From: a virus
Lineage: Duplodnaviria; Caudoviricetes
Strand: one strand, 5' to 3'
Virus record (IMG/VR): IMGVR_UViG_3300024581_002364
Location: 4,870-68,869 of that record
DNA: 64,000 nt
Positions 20,137-28,760 of this stretch are shown here, piece by piece. A program made the translations under genes and the position numbers. How positions within the stretch are numbered: position 1 is the stretch's first letter; every line of letters begins with the position of its first letter. Under the pieces are notes generated by a model. It was not told the DNA's origin and did not search any database. It saw only the letters and a list, made by a program, of their open reading frames with translations.

Positions 20137-20427
20137 ATGACTCGAAAGAAATCAAAGGTCAACTTTGACAAAACTATTGCCGGATTCAATATCACTGAAC
20201 ACGGCATCAAAAGCTACAGCAAAACTATCAAGCTTGGTCCTTTCCAGTTCACTGCCAACATCAATGGTTCACAGGCCAGGGGATCCTTAGGGATCCCTGG
20301 TACTGGCATATCATTTCGCAACTGCGTCTCTATGGACTTACCCTCTTTAGAGTCACCAGATCTGCCAGAATACAACCGCAAACCAGACATGTGGGATGAC
20401 GACGAAGGTTCTCAAGCTAAGCATTGA
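20137..20427 (+). CDS. DUF4236-like protein
   Basis: KTIKLGPFQFTANINGSQARGSLGIPGTGISFR. Confidence 0.6.
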   Translation: MTRKKSKVNFDKTIAGFNITEHGIKSYSKTIKLGPFQFTANINGSQARGSLGIPGTGISFRNCVSMDLPSLESPDLPEYNRKPDMWDDDEGSQAKH

Positions 20428-20590
20428 TAGTGTCACACCAGACGATGTAATTTATACAGGACCACGGGGTGGTGAATACATCATCCGCGATGGTATCAAG
20501 TATTACATCAACCGTAAGCCAACAAGCTATGGTCGTAATTACAAACCAAGGGCAGGTGCATTCCAACGATTCCTTGCTAATCAAAATTAA
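20396..20590 (+). CDS. PBCV basic-adaptor-like small protein
   Basis: IYTGPRGGEYIIRDGIKYYI motif. Confidence 0.6.
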   Translation: MTTKVLKLSIDSVTPDDVIYTGPRGGEYIIRDGIKYYINRKPTSYGRNYKPRAGAFQRFLANQN

Positions 20591-20661
20591 GTAACCCCTC
20601 CACACCTCCCAAAGGGCGACCAGGGGGAATACATTTATATATAGATGTACTTCTCTCTATC

Positions 20662-20688
20662 CGTCCTAGACATGACGTTAAACTGTCT
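20662..20688 (+). ncRNA. Leader H-type pseudoknot, family P copy 4
   Basis: CGUC-CUAGACAU-GACG-UUAAAC-UGUCU; AGACA pairs with UGUCU (compensatory changes). Confidence 0.65.
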
Positions 20689-21174
20689 TTGTTCACATCA
20701 CATCTAATCAAATGAAACTTGAATCCTGGCCTGACATCTACTCTAAGTACACCACAATTAGTGGCTTAGCTGATGAAGCCCAACAATCCATGGACAACTA
20801 CGAAGTTGGTTCCGAAGGATGGTACAAAGCATGGGGCCGAGCCGAAGGCTTGAGAACAGCCGCTATCGAAATCTTAAACAAATCTAATGACTGAAATCAT
20901 TTCTGTTGACTCAATTGAACTCGATCTTGTCGATGAACATGGAACAAGTTATTGGATCTGTTCTGCCACAATTGCTGACGCAGTTCAAACAATTGCTGCT
21001 CGGTATAATCCTCCTGGCAGTTCCCATCCTGCTGAATATGGTCCAGCGTCTTGCAGCTCATCATTTGAGCTAGAAGATGGTGAGTTACCACCTCCAGTAG
21101 ATGGAACACAGTACGAGCAGATTCAATATCTAACTGACCTTGATCTCGACTGGACTCCAGATCAAGACTAAACT

Positions 21175-21219
21175 CTAGGCATCAGTCGCTATTATCTCTG
21201 CAGGCTGTGTAAGTCCTAG
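21175..21219 (+). ncRNA. Leader hairpin, family H copy 3
   Basis: CUAGG-CAU-CAGUC...GGCUG-UGUAAGU-CCUAG (compensatory G-C to A-U change in the outer stem). Confidence 0.65.
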
Positions 21220-21241
21220 CTTTCTCTCACATCACATCACA

Positions 21242-23083
21242 ATGCATTTCCAACTTCCTGAACAACTGCAGATGGAGGTCATCAAGTATGACGCCACTCG
21301 CAAACAACTTGCTGCACAACAAAAGAAGGAAACTACTCGCAAGAAGAATCCTTATCCTGTTGGCAACGTCATTTCATTGGAGCTAATTCCGAGTGACGTT
21401 GTATCTGTTGTCGATATGCAAGCAGGTATTGATTTCATCAATCAACACTGTGCTGAGCAGCAATCAGTTCGATTTACCAGGCCCGATACTGAGTCGGGCA
21501 CAAACAAGATTAAAGCAATCTTGTATTACACCAAACACTTCTGGGTAGCTGCATGGTTACCACGCAGCACAGATGAGGGTTATTGGTATGGTATCTCTGT
21601 TGCATTCAAAGATAATGCAACTGCACGTAAACAATTTACTGGTAGTTTATTTCACTGTTCCAAAGTAGGTAAACGTGCTTTAATTAATGATATTACTGAT
21701 ATGCGTTCACAACGTATTGGACGTACTGATTGGTGTGTTACCACTAAATACATAACTCAAGAATATATTGATCAAGGTTATTCACGTCGTTACTATCACA
21801 ACGTTGATAATAACCATGATATTAAAGCATATCACGACAGGACTAGACAACATTATCGTCATGTTGAAGAGTTTGATCGTGAATTGTTAAGTCGTATCCC
21901 TTGTTGGACTGATACTCGTTATACATCTAATGCATGGGCACGCACCATGCCTAACGGTGATGATATTAAGTTTTGTTTATTGCAATCCAGATTATGGACT
22001 GTAGTTGATCATGATAAAACTTTTAATCATAATGTTGATACTTATATTGCTAAATTTAAATCTCTTGCTAAGAATAAATACATTCAAGAAGATTTCTGGG
22101 AATGTAAATGGTTCCGCAAGTTGGTATCCAAGATGGTAATTGATATGTCTACTGCATTTGATGCAAGAGACTCTATCAAAGCCAGCATTAAACCTATTGT
22201 CCAACCTTATGCAGTTGTTGATGCTTTCTTAGAGTCAGCAAGTGAAATCTATAAGCTTTATCCAGATCTAAATAAAGACTTGCTGATTACGCGTTTTGAC
22301 ATCTTAGTCGAAACACATTTTAGAGCATCTATTAGACATACTCCTGATAACAATCGTGCTCTTCTTTGGTTACAAACACATTTATCTGTTGAGTCATTCT
22401 TGAATATGCTTGGTAAATACCATGCTGAACAATTAGCTGAACATTCTGATTCTATTGATACTCATCGTCATTACTATCAGGATGATTGGACTGGTCGTTG
22501 GAGTTTCTTCTGGAGATTGTTTGATGATACATTTTCCATGCTGAATCAAGTTCTTGCTTGCAATGCGGGCATGACTGAATCAGGTGTGGAGTATCGCAAC
22601 AAGGAAGCATTGCCCAAGCTTGATCCAATGCCACGTCGTTGGCGTATGGATGAATGGCATGATCATCTCATGGCAGAAACTTGGAAGATTCGTAATCCAA
22701 ACGAAAAGCTTCCACAGAAGTTGTTCCCTGAACCAATCAAAGTTCTTCATAAGGGAATGCATGAAGGTTTCGATACTGAAACCAAATACACTTTCTTCCA
22801 GCCCATGGATACCCATCAGTTATCACAGTGGGGTCAAGCAGTACGTAATTGTGTTGGCTCTTCTAACTACTCAGAAGGTATTCGTAAGTACAGGCACATG
22901 ATTGTGCTTGTCATGATTGATGGCAAACCTCGTTACACTGTGCAACTTAAAGTTGACAATGGCATGATGGTTGTTAGTCAAATTGCTGACATCAGCAATG
23001 CACGACTTGATGATCTTGAACGTTCCAATGTTCAAGATGCATTTAAACAAGCCTTGCAGTTACGCGAAAAGCAGTTAAGCTAA
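21242..23083 (+). CDS. PcfJ-domain protein
   Basis: C-terminal WHDHL...QLSQWGQAVRNCVGSSNY...RYTVQL...VSQI pattern. Confidence 0.75.
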   Translation: MHFQLPEQLQMEVIKYDATRKQLAAQQKKETTRKKNPYPVGNVISLELIPSDVVSVVDMQAGIDFINQHCAEQQSVRFTRPDTESGTNKIKAILYYTKHFWVAAWLPRSTDEGYWYGISVAFKDNATARKQFTGSLFHCSKVGKRALINDITDMRSQRIGRTDWCVTTKYITQEYIDQGYSRRYYHNVDNNHDIKAYHDRTRQHYRHVEEFDRELLSRIPCWTDTRYTSNAWARTMPNGDDIKFCLLQSRLWTVVDHDKTFNHNVDTYIAKFKSLAKNKYIQEDFWECKWFRKLVSKMVIDMSTAFDARDSIKASIKPIVQPYAVVDAFLESASEIYKLYPDLNKDLLITRFDILVETHFRASIRHTPDNNRALLWLQTHLSVESFLNMLGKYHAEQLAEHSDSIDTHRHYYQDDWTGRWSFFWRLFDDTFSMLNQVLACNAGMTESGVEYRNKEALPKLDPMPRRWRMDEWHDHLMAETWKIRNPNEKLPQKLFPEPIKVLHKGMHEGFDTETKYTFFQPMDTHQLSQWGQAVRNCVGSSNYSEGIRKYRHMIVLVMIDGKPRYTVQLKVDNGMMVVSQIADISNARLDDLERSNVQDAFKQALQLREKQLS

Positions 23084-23096
23084 GGCGGGATTGGGC

Positions 23097-23125
23097 TTTA
23101 CCCCTCCCTGCTTGTGGCGTATAGT
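23097..23125 (+). promoter_or_regulatory. Sigma70-type promoter upstream of tRNA
   Basis: TTTACC-17 nt-TATAGT. Confidence 0.55.
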
Positions 23126-23133
23126 GGCGCATT

Positions 23134-23166
23134 AGATCAGATGGTGCAACATCTGATCTTTTTTTT
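23134..23166 (+). terminator. Terminator-like hairpin abutting the tRNA 5' end
   Basis: AGATCAGATG-GTGCAA-CATCTGATCT then T7. Confidence 0.7.
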
Positions 23167-23255
23167 GGGAGCGTGATGGAATTGGTAGACATTGCAGACT
23201 TAAAATCTGTTGATCAGTAATGATCGTGCGGGTTCAAGTCCCGCCGCTCCTACCA
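23167..23255 (+). tRNA. trnL: tRNA-Leu (anticodon UAA), CCA encoded
   Basis: Acceptor GGGAGCG/CGCTCCT, D-loop TGGTAG, anticodon arm GCAGA-CTTAAAA-TCTGT, long variable arm, T-arm GCGGG-TTCAAGT-CCCGC, 3' ACCA. Confidence 0.97.
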
Positions 23256-23276
23256 AACTTAACTACACCTAATCAA

Positions 23277-23630
23277 ATGTTTCAAGCACTTAAATCTCTC
23301 ATCCCGCAGCCTCACTGCAACATGGATGAAGACCAGCGTTACAACATTGGCTTAACCTGGATTGATCGTGACGGTCTTACCGATCGGCACAATGTCCAGA
23401 TCAAATACATCCGTAATAGTGAACGACTAGCTGTCACGATGGGTGAGCCTCAGCCAGACGGCAGCTGGAGATACATTGATGAAGGCGGAATGGTTCACAC
23501 CATGAATGCTGAACGAGTCAATGCTTTTTACAAAAAGACTCAAGAGAATGCTGTGATCATGTCAGCAATGATTGACAAGATCAATGAGCATGTCGGACCT
23601 ACGGTTGACACTAAGGGTTCGCCTGCTTAA
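23277..23630 (+). CDS. Hypothetical protein (start moved downstream of the tRNA)
   Basis: MFQALKSL... start; the track's longer version overlaps the tRNA. Confidence 0.65.
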   Translation: MFQALKSLIPQPHCNMDEDQRYNIGLTWIDRDGLTDRHNVQIKYIRNSERLAVTMGEPQPDGSWRYIDEGGMVHTMNAERVNAFYKKTQENAVIMSAMIDKINEHVGPTVDTKGSPA

Positions 23631-23633
23631 TAT
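23605..23633 (+). promoter_or_regulatory. Sigma70-type promoter
   Basis: TTGACA-17 nt-TAATAT. Confidence 0.55.
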
Positions 23634-23650
23634 CAGCGCGGACGAGACCT

Positions 23651-23680
23651 AGCCCTGGATTCAGAGCCCAGGGCTTTTTT
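23651..23680 (+). terminator. Rho-independent terminator-like hairpin
   Basis: AGCCCTGG-9 nt-CCAGGGCT then a T-run. Confidence 0.7.
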
Positions 23681-23694
23681 ATTTTTCAAACAAC

Positions 23695-23979
23695 ATGCCT
23701 GAATCATTTCGCAAAAAGAAGAACACTTTTGCTATTGGTGATCGTGTCATTCGTAAAGCAGGACCTTTTGGTGGACCGCCAAATGCAAAGCGAATCCTTC
23801 ATGGTGAAGTTGTAGACATTACTTACAAAGTAAATGCAAGAGGTGCCAAGCATCCTTACATTACAGTCAAGTTCGATCATAGCCAAAGGCTAGAAACCTT
23901 TATGGCTTCTCGCATCGAACATGAAGCCAACAAAGAAAAGCACCTTGCTGATGCCATCGAATCTGTCTATGTCCCCTGA
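23695..23979 (+). CDS. Small beta-barrel (KOW/SH3-like) hypothetical protein
   Basis: FAIGDRVIRK...GEVVDI...YITVKFD pattern. Confidence 0.5.
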   Translation: MPESFRKKKNTFAIGDRVIRKAGPFGGPPNAKRILHGEVVDITYKVNARGAKHPYITVKFDHSQRLETFMASRIEHEANKEKHLADAIESVYVP

Positions 23980-24628
23980 AGTTAAATTAACTTGGGCAAC
24001 ACAAGATGCCGAGTCACTCATTGTTGAGATGGCTCGTGTATCTGCTCCTAAAAATGCAAAGAACATGAGCACTGCACCACGTCTCATCAAGTATTTAATT
24101 AAACACAAACATTGGTCACCATTTGAAATGGCAAATATGTGTGTAGAGATACACACTACAAGAGCAATTAGCCCTCAAATATTGAGGCATAAATCTTTTT
24201 CATTCCAAGAATTTAGCCAACGATATGCTAATACCAATGAAATAGGACGTATTGAAATACCTCATCTTAGGGTTCAAGATACTAAGAACAGACAAAACTC
24301 CACTGATACTCTTGAAACTCTTTTGGGTAAGCCAGCAACTGCTGATTTATACCGTCGTGTTTCTATGCATTTTGAAGATGCAGAGCATTTGTACCAAGAA
24401 CTTCTTAGCTCCGGCGTGGCAAAAGAATCAGCCAGATTTATATTGCCTACCGCCGCACCTACAAAAATGTTTATGAACGGTACACTTCGTTCATGGTTGC
24501 ATTATCTTGACTTAAGAACCGATGTCTCAACACAACTTGAACACAGAGAGATTGCATTAACTATTAAAGATATTTTTAAAAAACAATTCCCTGTTATTTC
24601 AGAGGCTGCTTGGAATGAACTGTCGTAA
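23969..24628 (+). CDS. thyX: FAD-dependent thymidylate synthase
   Basis: HKHWSPFEM and signature RHKSFSFQEFSQR; likely start MSPEVKL. Confidence 0.95.
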   Translation: MSPEVKLTWATQDAESLIVEMARVSAPKNAKNMSTAPRLIKYLIKHKHWSPFEMANMCVEIHTTRAISPQILRHKSFSFQEFSQRYANTNEIGRIEIPHLRVQDTKNRQNSTDTLETLLGKPATADLYRRVSMHFEDAEHLYQELLSSGVAKESARFILPTAAPTKMFMNGTLRSWLHYLDLRTDVSTQLEHREIALTIKDIFKKQFPVISEAAWNELS

Positions 24629-24950
24629 ATGCAATTCTAAAAATACTAAAGTTACAGTTACTGAACATAAGAAAGAAGTAACTTGGCGGTACTGTAAATG
24701 TTTAGATTGTAATACTAAGTTTAAAACTATTGAGCGATATGAATATCAAAAACGTACACCATTAAATCTGGTGCCTATACCAAAGGGTTGTGCTAATTAC
24801 AATTCACGTTTTACACCGGAAGATATTTATGACATCCGTAAACGATATGAGAAAGGTGATAGTGCTGCACAAATAGCTCTTAAATATAGTTGCGGACGGT
24901 CTACAATCCAAAGGATTGCGACCTACAAAACTTACAAAGATGTTATTTGA
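24615..24950 (+). CDS. Zn-ribbon (NrdR/Ogr-like) plus HTH protein
   Basis: CRKC...RYCKCLDCNTKFKTIE, then FTPEDIYDIR...SAAQIALKYSCGRSTIQRI. Confidence 0.65.
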   Translation: MNCRKCNSKNTKVTVTEHKKEVTWRYCKCLDCNTKFKTIERYEYQKRTPLNLVPIPKGCANYNSRFTPEDIYDIRKRYEKGDSAAQIALKYSCGRSTIQRIATYKTYKDVI

Positions 24951-25118
24951 AGATGCACTAGATCTTATCTACCGAGGACAAACAAATGTTGCAGTCATGG
25001 CTAACAAAACAGGCGTCTCATTGGAAGAAATGAAACGCCTGTTTAATTTATATGTAAGTCAACGTCCTATTGATCCAGATGTTTGGAGAGCAGACGTTGA
25101 ACTTGGTTGGCCTTGGGT

Positions 25119-25277
25119 TTAAACAATGCTATCTGGATTATTTTTCATGCGTAAACGGTCAAGTTTTGCTTCAAATTCCCGGCGTTGTTCTTGCAAACGT
25201 TGGTTCAAAAGATATGCAGCCATGGGATCAGGACGCTCGTACTTGACTCCACGATACGTCAACACTGTTTGTGCCAT
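25119..25277 (-). CDS. DUF4278 small protein, GifB/IF17-like (52 aa, not in ORF track)
   Basis: MAQTVLTYRGVKYERPDPMAAYLLNQRLQEQRREFEAKLDRLRMKNNPDSIV; LTYRGVxY is the DUF4278 hallmark; riboswitch directly upstream. Confidence 0.8.
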   Translation of the reverse strand: MAQTVLTYRGVKYERPDPMAAYLLNQRLQEQRREFEAKLDRLRMKNNPDSIV

Positions 25278-25294
25278 GATGTTCTCCGCTTTAA

Positions 25295-25351
25295 CTCTGG
25301 TTCCCGTTCCGTAACCAGATGAGATGCGCCAGCACTATAGCTGGTGAACGT
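25295..25351 (-). ncRNA. Glutamine-II riboswitch (Downstream-peptide motif)
   Basis: CGUUC/GAACG P1, CCAGC/GCUGG hairpin, CGCA junction, GGAACGGG, pseudoknot UCUGGUU/AACCAGA; TATAAT at 25364-25359; DUF4278 gene downstream. Confidence 0.85.
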
Positions 25352-25380
25352 ACTTATTATTATAGTTCAGCTAAACAACC

Positions 25381-25779
25381 ATGCCCGGTACTCGCAGACA
25401 ACCACGCACAAACCTCTATTCCACACAGCAAGTGTTGCAGTCCACAATGATGGCTCGTTACACTCTTATGCGTTATGTTAAAGACGGTAGGTTTCCTAAA
25501 CCAGCAATTAAAGCTGGTGACATTGACTCTCGTGGTGCTGATTGGTATTCCAAAAAAGATGTTGATAAATGGTTAAAAGATAACTCTGATTTAATTTTAT
25601 GGAAACGAAAACGCATTGAAGAAGATATTACTTTAACAATTTCAGCAGATGATTTGAAAAAAATACGAAAAGCATCTGAAGTATTAATGTGTGACATTGA
25701 ACCATTTATTATTGAAGCTGCAATCTGGAAAGCAAAACTTATTCTTAAACAAACAGAGATGAATACTAATTACTATTAA
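25381..25779 (+). CDS. AlpA/excisionase-like HTH protein with a possible C-terminal RHH
   Basis: LYSTQQV...RYTLMRYVKDGRFPKP...WYSKKDVDKWL. Confidence 0.65.
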   Translation: MPGTRRQPRTNLYSTQQVLQSTMMARYTLMRYVKDGRFPKPAIKAGDIDSRGADWYSKKDVDKWLKDNSDLILWKRKRIEEDITLTISADDLKKIRKASEVLMCDIEPFIIEAAIWKAKLILKQTEMNTNYY

Positions 25780-25782
25780 CAA

Positions 25783-25822
25783 CTGGGCAGCAGGTTTATC
25801 GGGATGCCTGCGTAAGTCCCAG
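25783..25822 (+). ncRNA. Leader hairpin, family H copy 4
   Basis: CUGGG-CAGCAGG...CCUGCGUAAGU-CCCAG. Confidence 0.65.
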
Positions 25823-25844
25823 ACACACTAAATTAAATCACACT

Positions 25845-26615
25845 ATGCACACTTTAAAATTTTCCACAGGCAATGCCAAGCTTGGAAAACGTCTCATCTT
25901 TTCCTTACCAGCAGGTTACACCTGTCCTAACGCTGGTCATTGCAAAACATTTGCTGATCGTGTTACAGGTAAAATCAAAGACCTGCCGCAGTCGGCTCAC
26001 GCAACTGGACTTGAGTATCGCTGCTTTGCTGCCATGGCAGAGGCGCGTAGTAAAAACTGCCGTGATGCGCGGTGGTTTAATTGGGACACACTCAAAGAAA
26101 TCCTTTATTCTGAAGATACAAAAGATCCAGTAAGTGCAATTGCCGATACAATTTCTTACGGAATCTGGCAATACAATAAGCACAAATTAGTTTATGATCT
26201 CTGTCGTATCCATGAATCTGGAGACTTTTGGTCTGAGCTTTATTTCCAGGCTTGGCTAAAAGTTGCACGACAACATCCCAACATCAAATTCTATGCTTAC
26301 ACCAAGCAACTCTCCTACTGGCTCAATGCTAAAGACGACATTCCTGCTAACTTGTTTCTCACTGCTTCAGTTGGCGGTAATCTCGATCATTTACTCGCCA
26401 GGTACAGCCACATTTTCAGGCGTATAGCCCATGTGGTTTATACAGAAAATCAAGCTATTGATATGGGTTTAGACATTGATCATGACGATAGCCATTGTTT
26501 TGGTAATAAACCGTTTGCACTTCTAGTTCATAACGTCCAAAGGGCAGGAACTGCTGCATCAAAAGCATTGGCTGAGCGTAAACGTCAGGGATCTTGGACA
26601 GGATATTCTAAATAA
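25845..26615 (+). CDS. Gp88-like protein
   Basis: GNAKL...FSLPAGYTCP...CFA...RIHESGDF...FYAYTK. Confidence 0.7.
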   Translation: MHTLKFSTGNAKLGKRLIFSLPAGYTCPNAGHCKTFADRVTGKIKDLPQSAHATGLEYRCFAAMAEARSKNCRDARWFNWDTLKEILYSEDTKDPVSAIADTISYGIWQYNKHKLVYDLCRIHESGDFWSELYFQAWLKVARQHPNIKFYAYTKQLSYWLNAKDDIPANLFLTASVGGNLDHLLARYSHIFRRIAHVVYTENQAIDMGLDIDHDDSHCFGNKPFALLVHNVQRAGTAASKALAERKRQGSWTGYSK

Positions 26616-26619
26616 TTAG

Positions 26620-26668
26620 TTGCAAGCTTACGAGGAATGAGTACTATTTATTCGTTCCTCATTTTTAT
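26620..26668 (+). promoter_or_regulatory. Promoter of the polymerase operon, overlapped by an inverted repeat
   Basis: TTGCAA-16 nt-TACTAT; GAGGAATGA/TCGTTCCTC arms flank the -10 box. Confidence 0.45.
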
Positions 26669-26842
26669 TTGTGTCGTACTTAATTACTACTTATATAGAT
26701 GGTGTGCCGCATGCCATCATGCCTAATGTTGATGCAATGAGATTTGATCTGATTCGTGTCACAAAAGATTCTGAAATTTCCAAAGCATTCTGCAGTCCGA
26801 ACAAAACTGGTGCTATGAATGTTCTTAAGTGGATTAATGAGA

Positions 26843-28705
26843 ATGATGAAACTCTCTCAAGTAAAGGACTGTCAGTTTCCCCTGAAGCCAAGTTCTTCCG
26901 CTGATAAGTGGTACGTCTTTGATTTAGAAACTAACGGACTTTATGATGATGTTACACAAATCTTTTGCATCGTCTTACACGATGTCTACAGAAACCAGAC
27001 TCTTAGTTATGGGCCTGGGTCTATTGATGACGCTCTTAGTCTTATCGCTGATGCTGATTGTCTCATCGGCCATAACATAATTTTTTACGACTTGCCTGTT
27101 CTTCGTAAACTTTATCCCAATCTCCTGGTCAAAGATCAACATGTCATCGACACCCTCGTCGCAACCAGGCTCATATGGCCGAAAGAAAAACTATTTGACC
27201 TTGATGAAAATCACTACACGTCAGTGCCACCTGGTCTTAGAGGATCAGCCGGTCTTAAAGCTTGGGGCTATCGACTCAGTGATTACAAAATTGATTTCAA
27301 AGACTTTTCTGTCTACTCACAGGAGATGCTTGACTACTGCATCCAAGACGTTAATGTCACCACCAAACTCTATAAAGAAATCTGTCAATACTCCATTGCA
27401 GCATCAGCGCATAAGTTGGAGCATGATTGTGCCCTTGCGATTGAGAAACAGATTAGATCAGGTTTTCCATTTGATGTTGATCAATGTCTTGATCTTGTGG
27501 ATGGGCTTGAATCTAAGAAACAGAATCTAGAGACACAGCTCAAAAAATTATTTCCACCAATCGAGACAGAAGAGTGGTTTACTCCTAAAGTAAACAACAC
27601 CAAACGTGGTTACGTCAAAGGTGTGCCCTTTCGTAAAGTTCACATTGAAGAATTTAACCCAGGCTCTCGCGCACAAATCACTGCACGTCTCAAAGATAAA
27701 TACGGTTGGACACCTGAACGGACTACCGAAAAAGGTAATCCAATCTTGGATGACGACGTACTGGAACAACTGCCGTATCCAGAAGCTAAACCGCTTGCTG
27801 AATACATGCTGCTTAAAAAACGACTTGGTCAAATTAAAGACGGTAAAAATGCATGGCTCAAACTGGTCTCAAAAGATGGCTACATGCACGGTGATCTTGT
27901 TACCAATGGCTGTATTACCGGTCGAGCAAGTCACCGTAATCCCAACATGGCGCAAATTCCTGCTGCCTATTCACCCTACGGCAAAGAATGCCGTTCTTTA
28001 TTCCATGCTCCTGACGATTGGGTTCTTATTGGGGCAGATGCCAAAGCTTTGGAATTACGATGCTTGGCTGGATATTTGGCTATATGGGATGATGGTGAAT
28101 ACGGAAATGTTGTTATTGATGATGCTCAAGACATTCATTCATACAATCAAGAAATGTTTGGAGTTGCCACAAGAGATATTAGTAAGCGTCTTCTCTATGC
28201 TGTTCTTTATGGGTGTGGTTTCCTTAAAGCAGGTAACATTGTGGATCCACAAGAAAAAGATCCTGATCGACTCAAACAACTGGGGAGATCTGCCATCTCT
28301 TCCTTCATGTCCAAAGTCCCAGCCGTACAATCTCTCAAAGAACTTCTTGAAAAAAATCTAACCAACCGTGGTTATTTACTTGGTCTTGATCGTAGACCTT
28401 TGTATTGCAGATCTGAATTCAAAGCATTGAATGTGCTTTTGCAATCAGCAGGTGCAATCATCATGAAACAAGTTGTTGTCAATGTACATAATGCATTGAA
28501 AGAAGCTGGTTTCATCTATGGTCAGGACTGGCATCAACATGCATTTATACATGATGAAATACAAATATCTTGTCGTCCAGGTTTGGAAACGGATCTCACT
28601 CCTCTTATTCTTTCTGCTTTTGTGGATGCCGGTAATTTCTATAGTTTTCGTTGCAAAATAGAAGGTGACGCTAAGACCGGCTATACATGGTATTCAACAC
28701 ACTGA
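26843..28705 (+). CDS. polA: Family A DNA polymerase (T7-like, 3'-5' exo plus polymerase; Tyr at the E. coli 762-equivalent position)
   Basis: Exo I FDLETNG, Exo II GHNIIFYD, motif A GADAKALELR, motif B SKRLLYAVLYG, motif C IHDEIQ. Confidence 0.96.
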   Translation: MMKLSQVKDCQFPLKPSSSADKWYVFDLETNGLYDDVTQIFCIVLHDVYRNQTLSYGPGSIDDALSLIADADCLIGHNIIFYDLPVLRKLYPNLLVKDQHVIDTLVATRLIWPKEKLFDLDENHYTSVPPGLRGSAGLKAWGYRLSDYKIDFKDFSVYSQEMLDYCIQDVNVTTKLYKEICQYSIAASAHKLEHDCALAIEKQIRSGFPFDVDQCLDLVDGLESKKQNLETQLKKLFPPIETEEWFTPKVNNTKRGYVKGVPFRKVHIEEFNPGSRAQITARLKDKYGWTPERTTEKGNPILDDDVLEQLPYPEAKPLAEYMLLKKRLGQIKDGKNAWLKLVSKDGYMHGDLVTNGCITGRASHRNPNMAQIPAAYSPYGKECRSLFHAPDDWVLIGADAKALELRCLAGYLAIWDDGEYGNVVIDDAQDIHSYNQEMFGVATRDISKRLLYAVLYGCGFLKAGNIVDPQEKDPDRLKQLGRSAISSFMSKVPAVQSLKELLEKNLTNRGYLLGLDRRPLYCRSEFKALNVLLQSAGAIIMKQVVVNVHNALKEAGFIYGQDWHQHAFIHDEIQISCRPGLETDLTPLILSAFVDAGNFYSFRCKIEGDAKTGYTWYSTH

Positions 28706-28707
28706 TA

Positions 28708-28735
28708 CTGGGCATCCTTAAGGTGTAAGCCCCAG
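28708..28735 (+). ncRNA. Leader hairpin, family H copy 5
   Basis: CUGGG-CAUCC-UUAA-GGUGUAAGC-CCCAG. Confidence 0.6.
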
Positions 28736-28760
28736 ATAAAACCGTTTAAAGGATCGGATC

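Larger units (their letters stand above)
16661..21171 (+). other. Early (host-takeover-type) module of about 20 small ORFs separated by structured leaders
   Basis: Co-oriented short ORFs, e.g. 16661-16840, 16931-17119, 17195-17422, 17426-17590, 17667-17879, 18100-18384, 18585-18854, 18937-19092, 19168-19539, 19635-19886, 19924-20130, 20712-20894, 20887-21171; mostly SD-less A/U/C-rich start regions. Confidence 0.75.

Noticed and set aside
16608-20688. Family P as pistol ribozyme or preQ1-I riboswitch
   Set aside because: It lacks the pistol P2/P3 and cleavage-site nucleotides. Stem 1 is shorter than typical preQ1-I, and the four copies precede unrelated genes. A CM search is still needed.
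23220-23276. N-terminal extension of ORF 23220-23630
   Set aside because: It overlaps the tRNA T-arm and acceptor stem; ATG 23277 is more plausible.
25126-25314. Plus-strand 62-aa ORF
   Set aside because: Shadow of the minus-strand DUF4278 gene and riboswitch.
27141-28361. Long alternative-frame ORFs inside polA
   Set aside because: Typical off-frame shadows, with no start signals or motifs.
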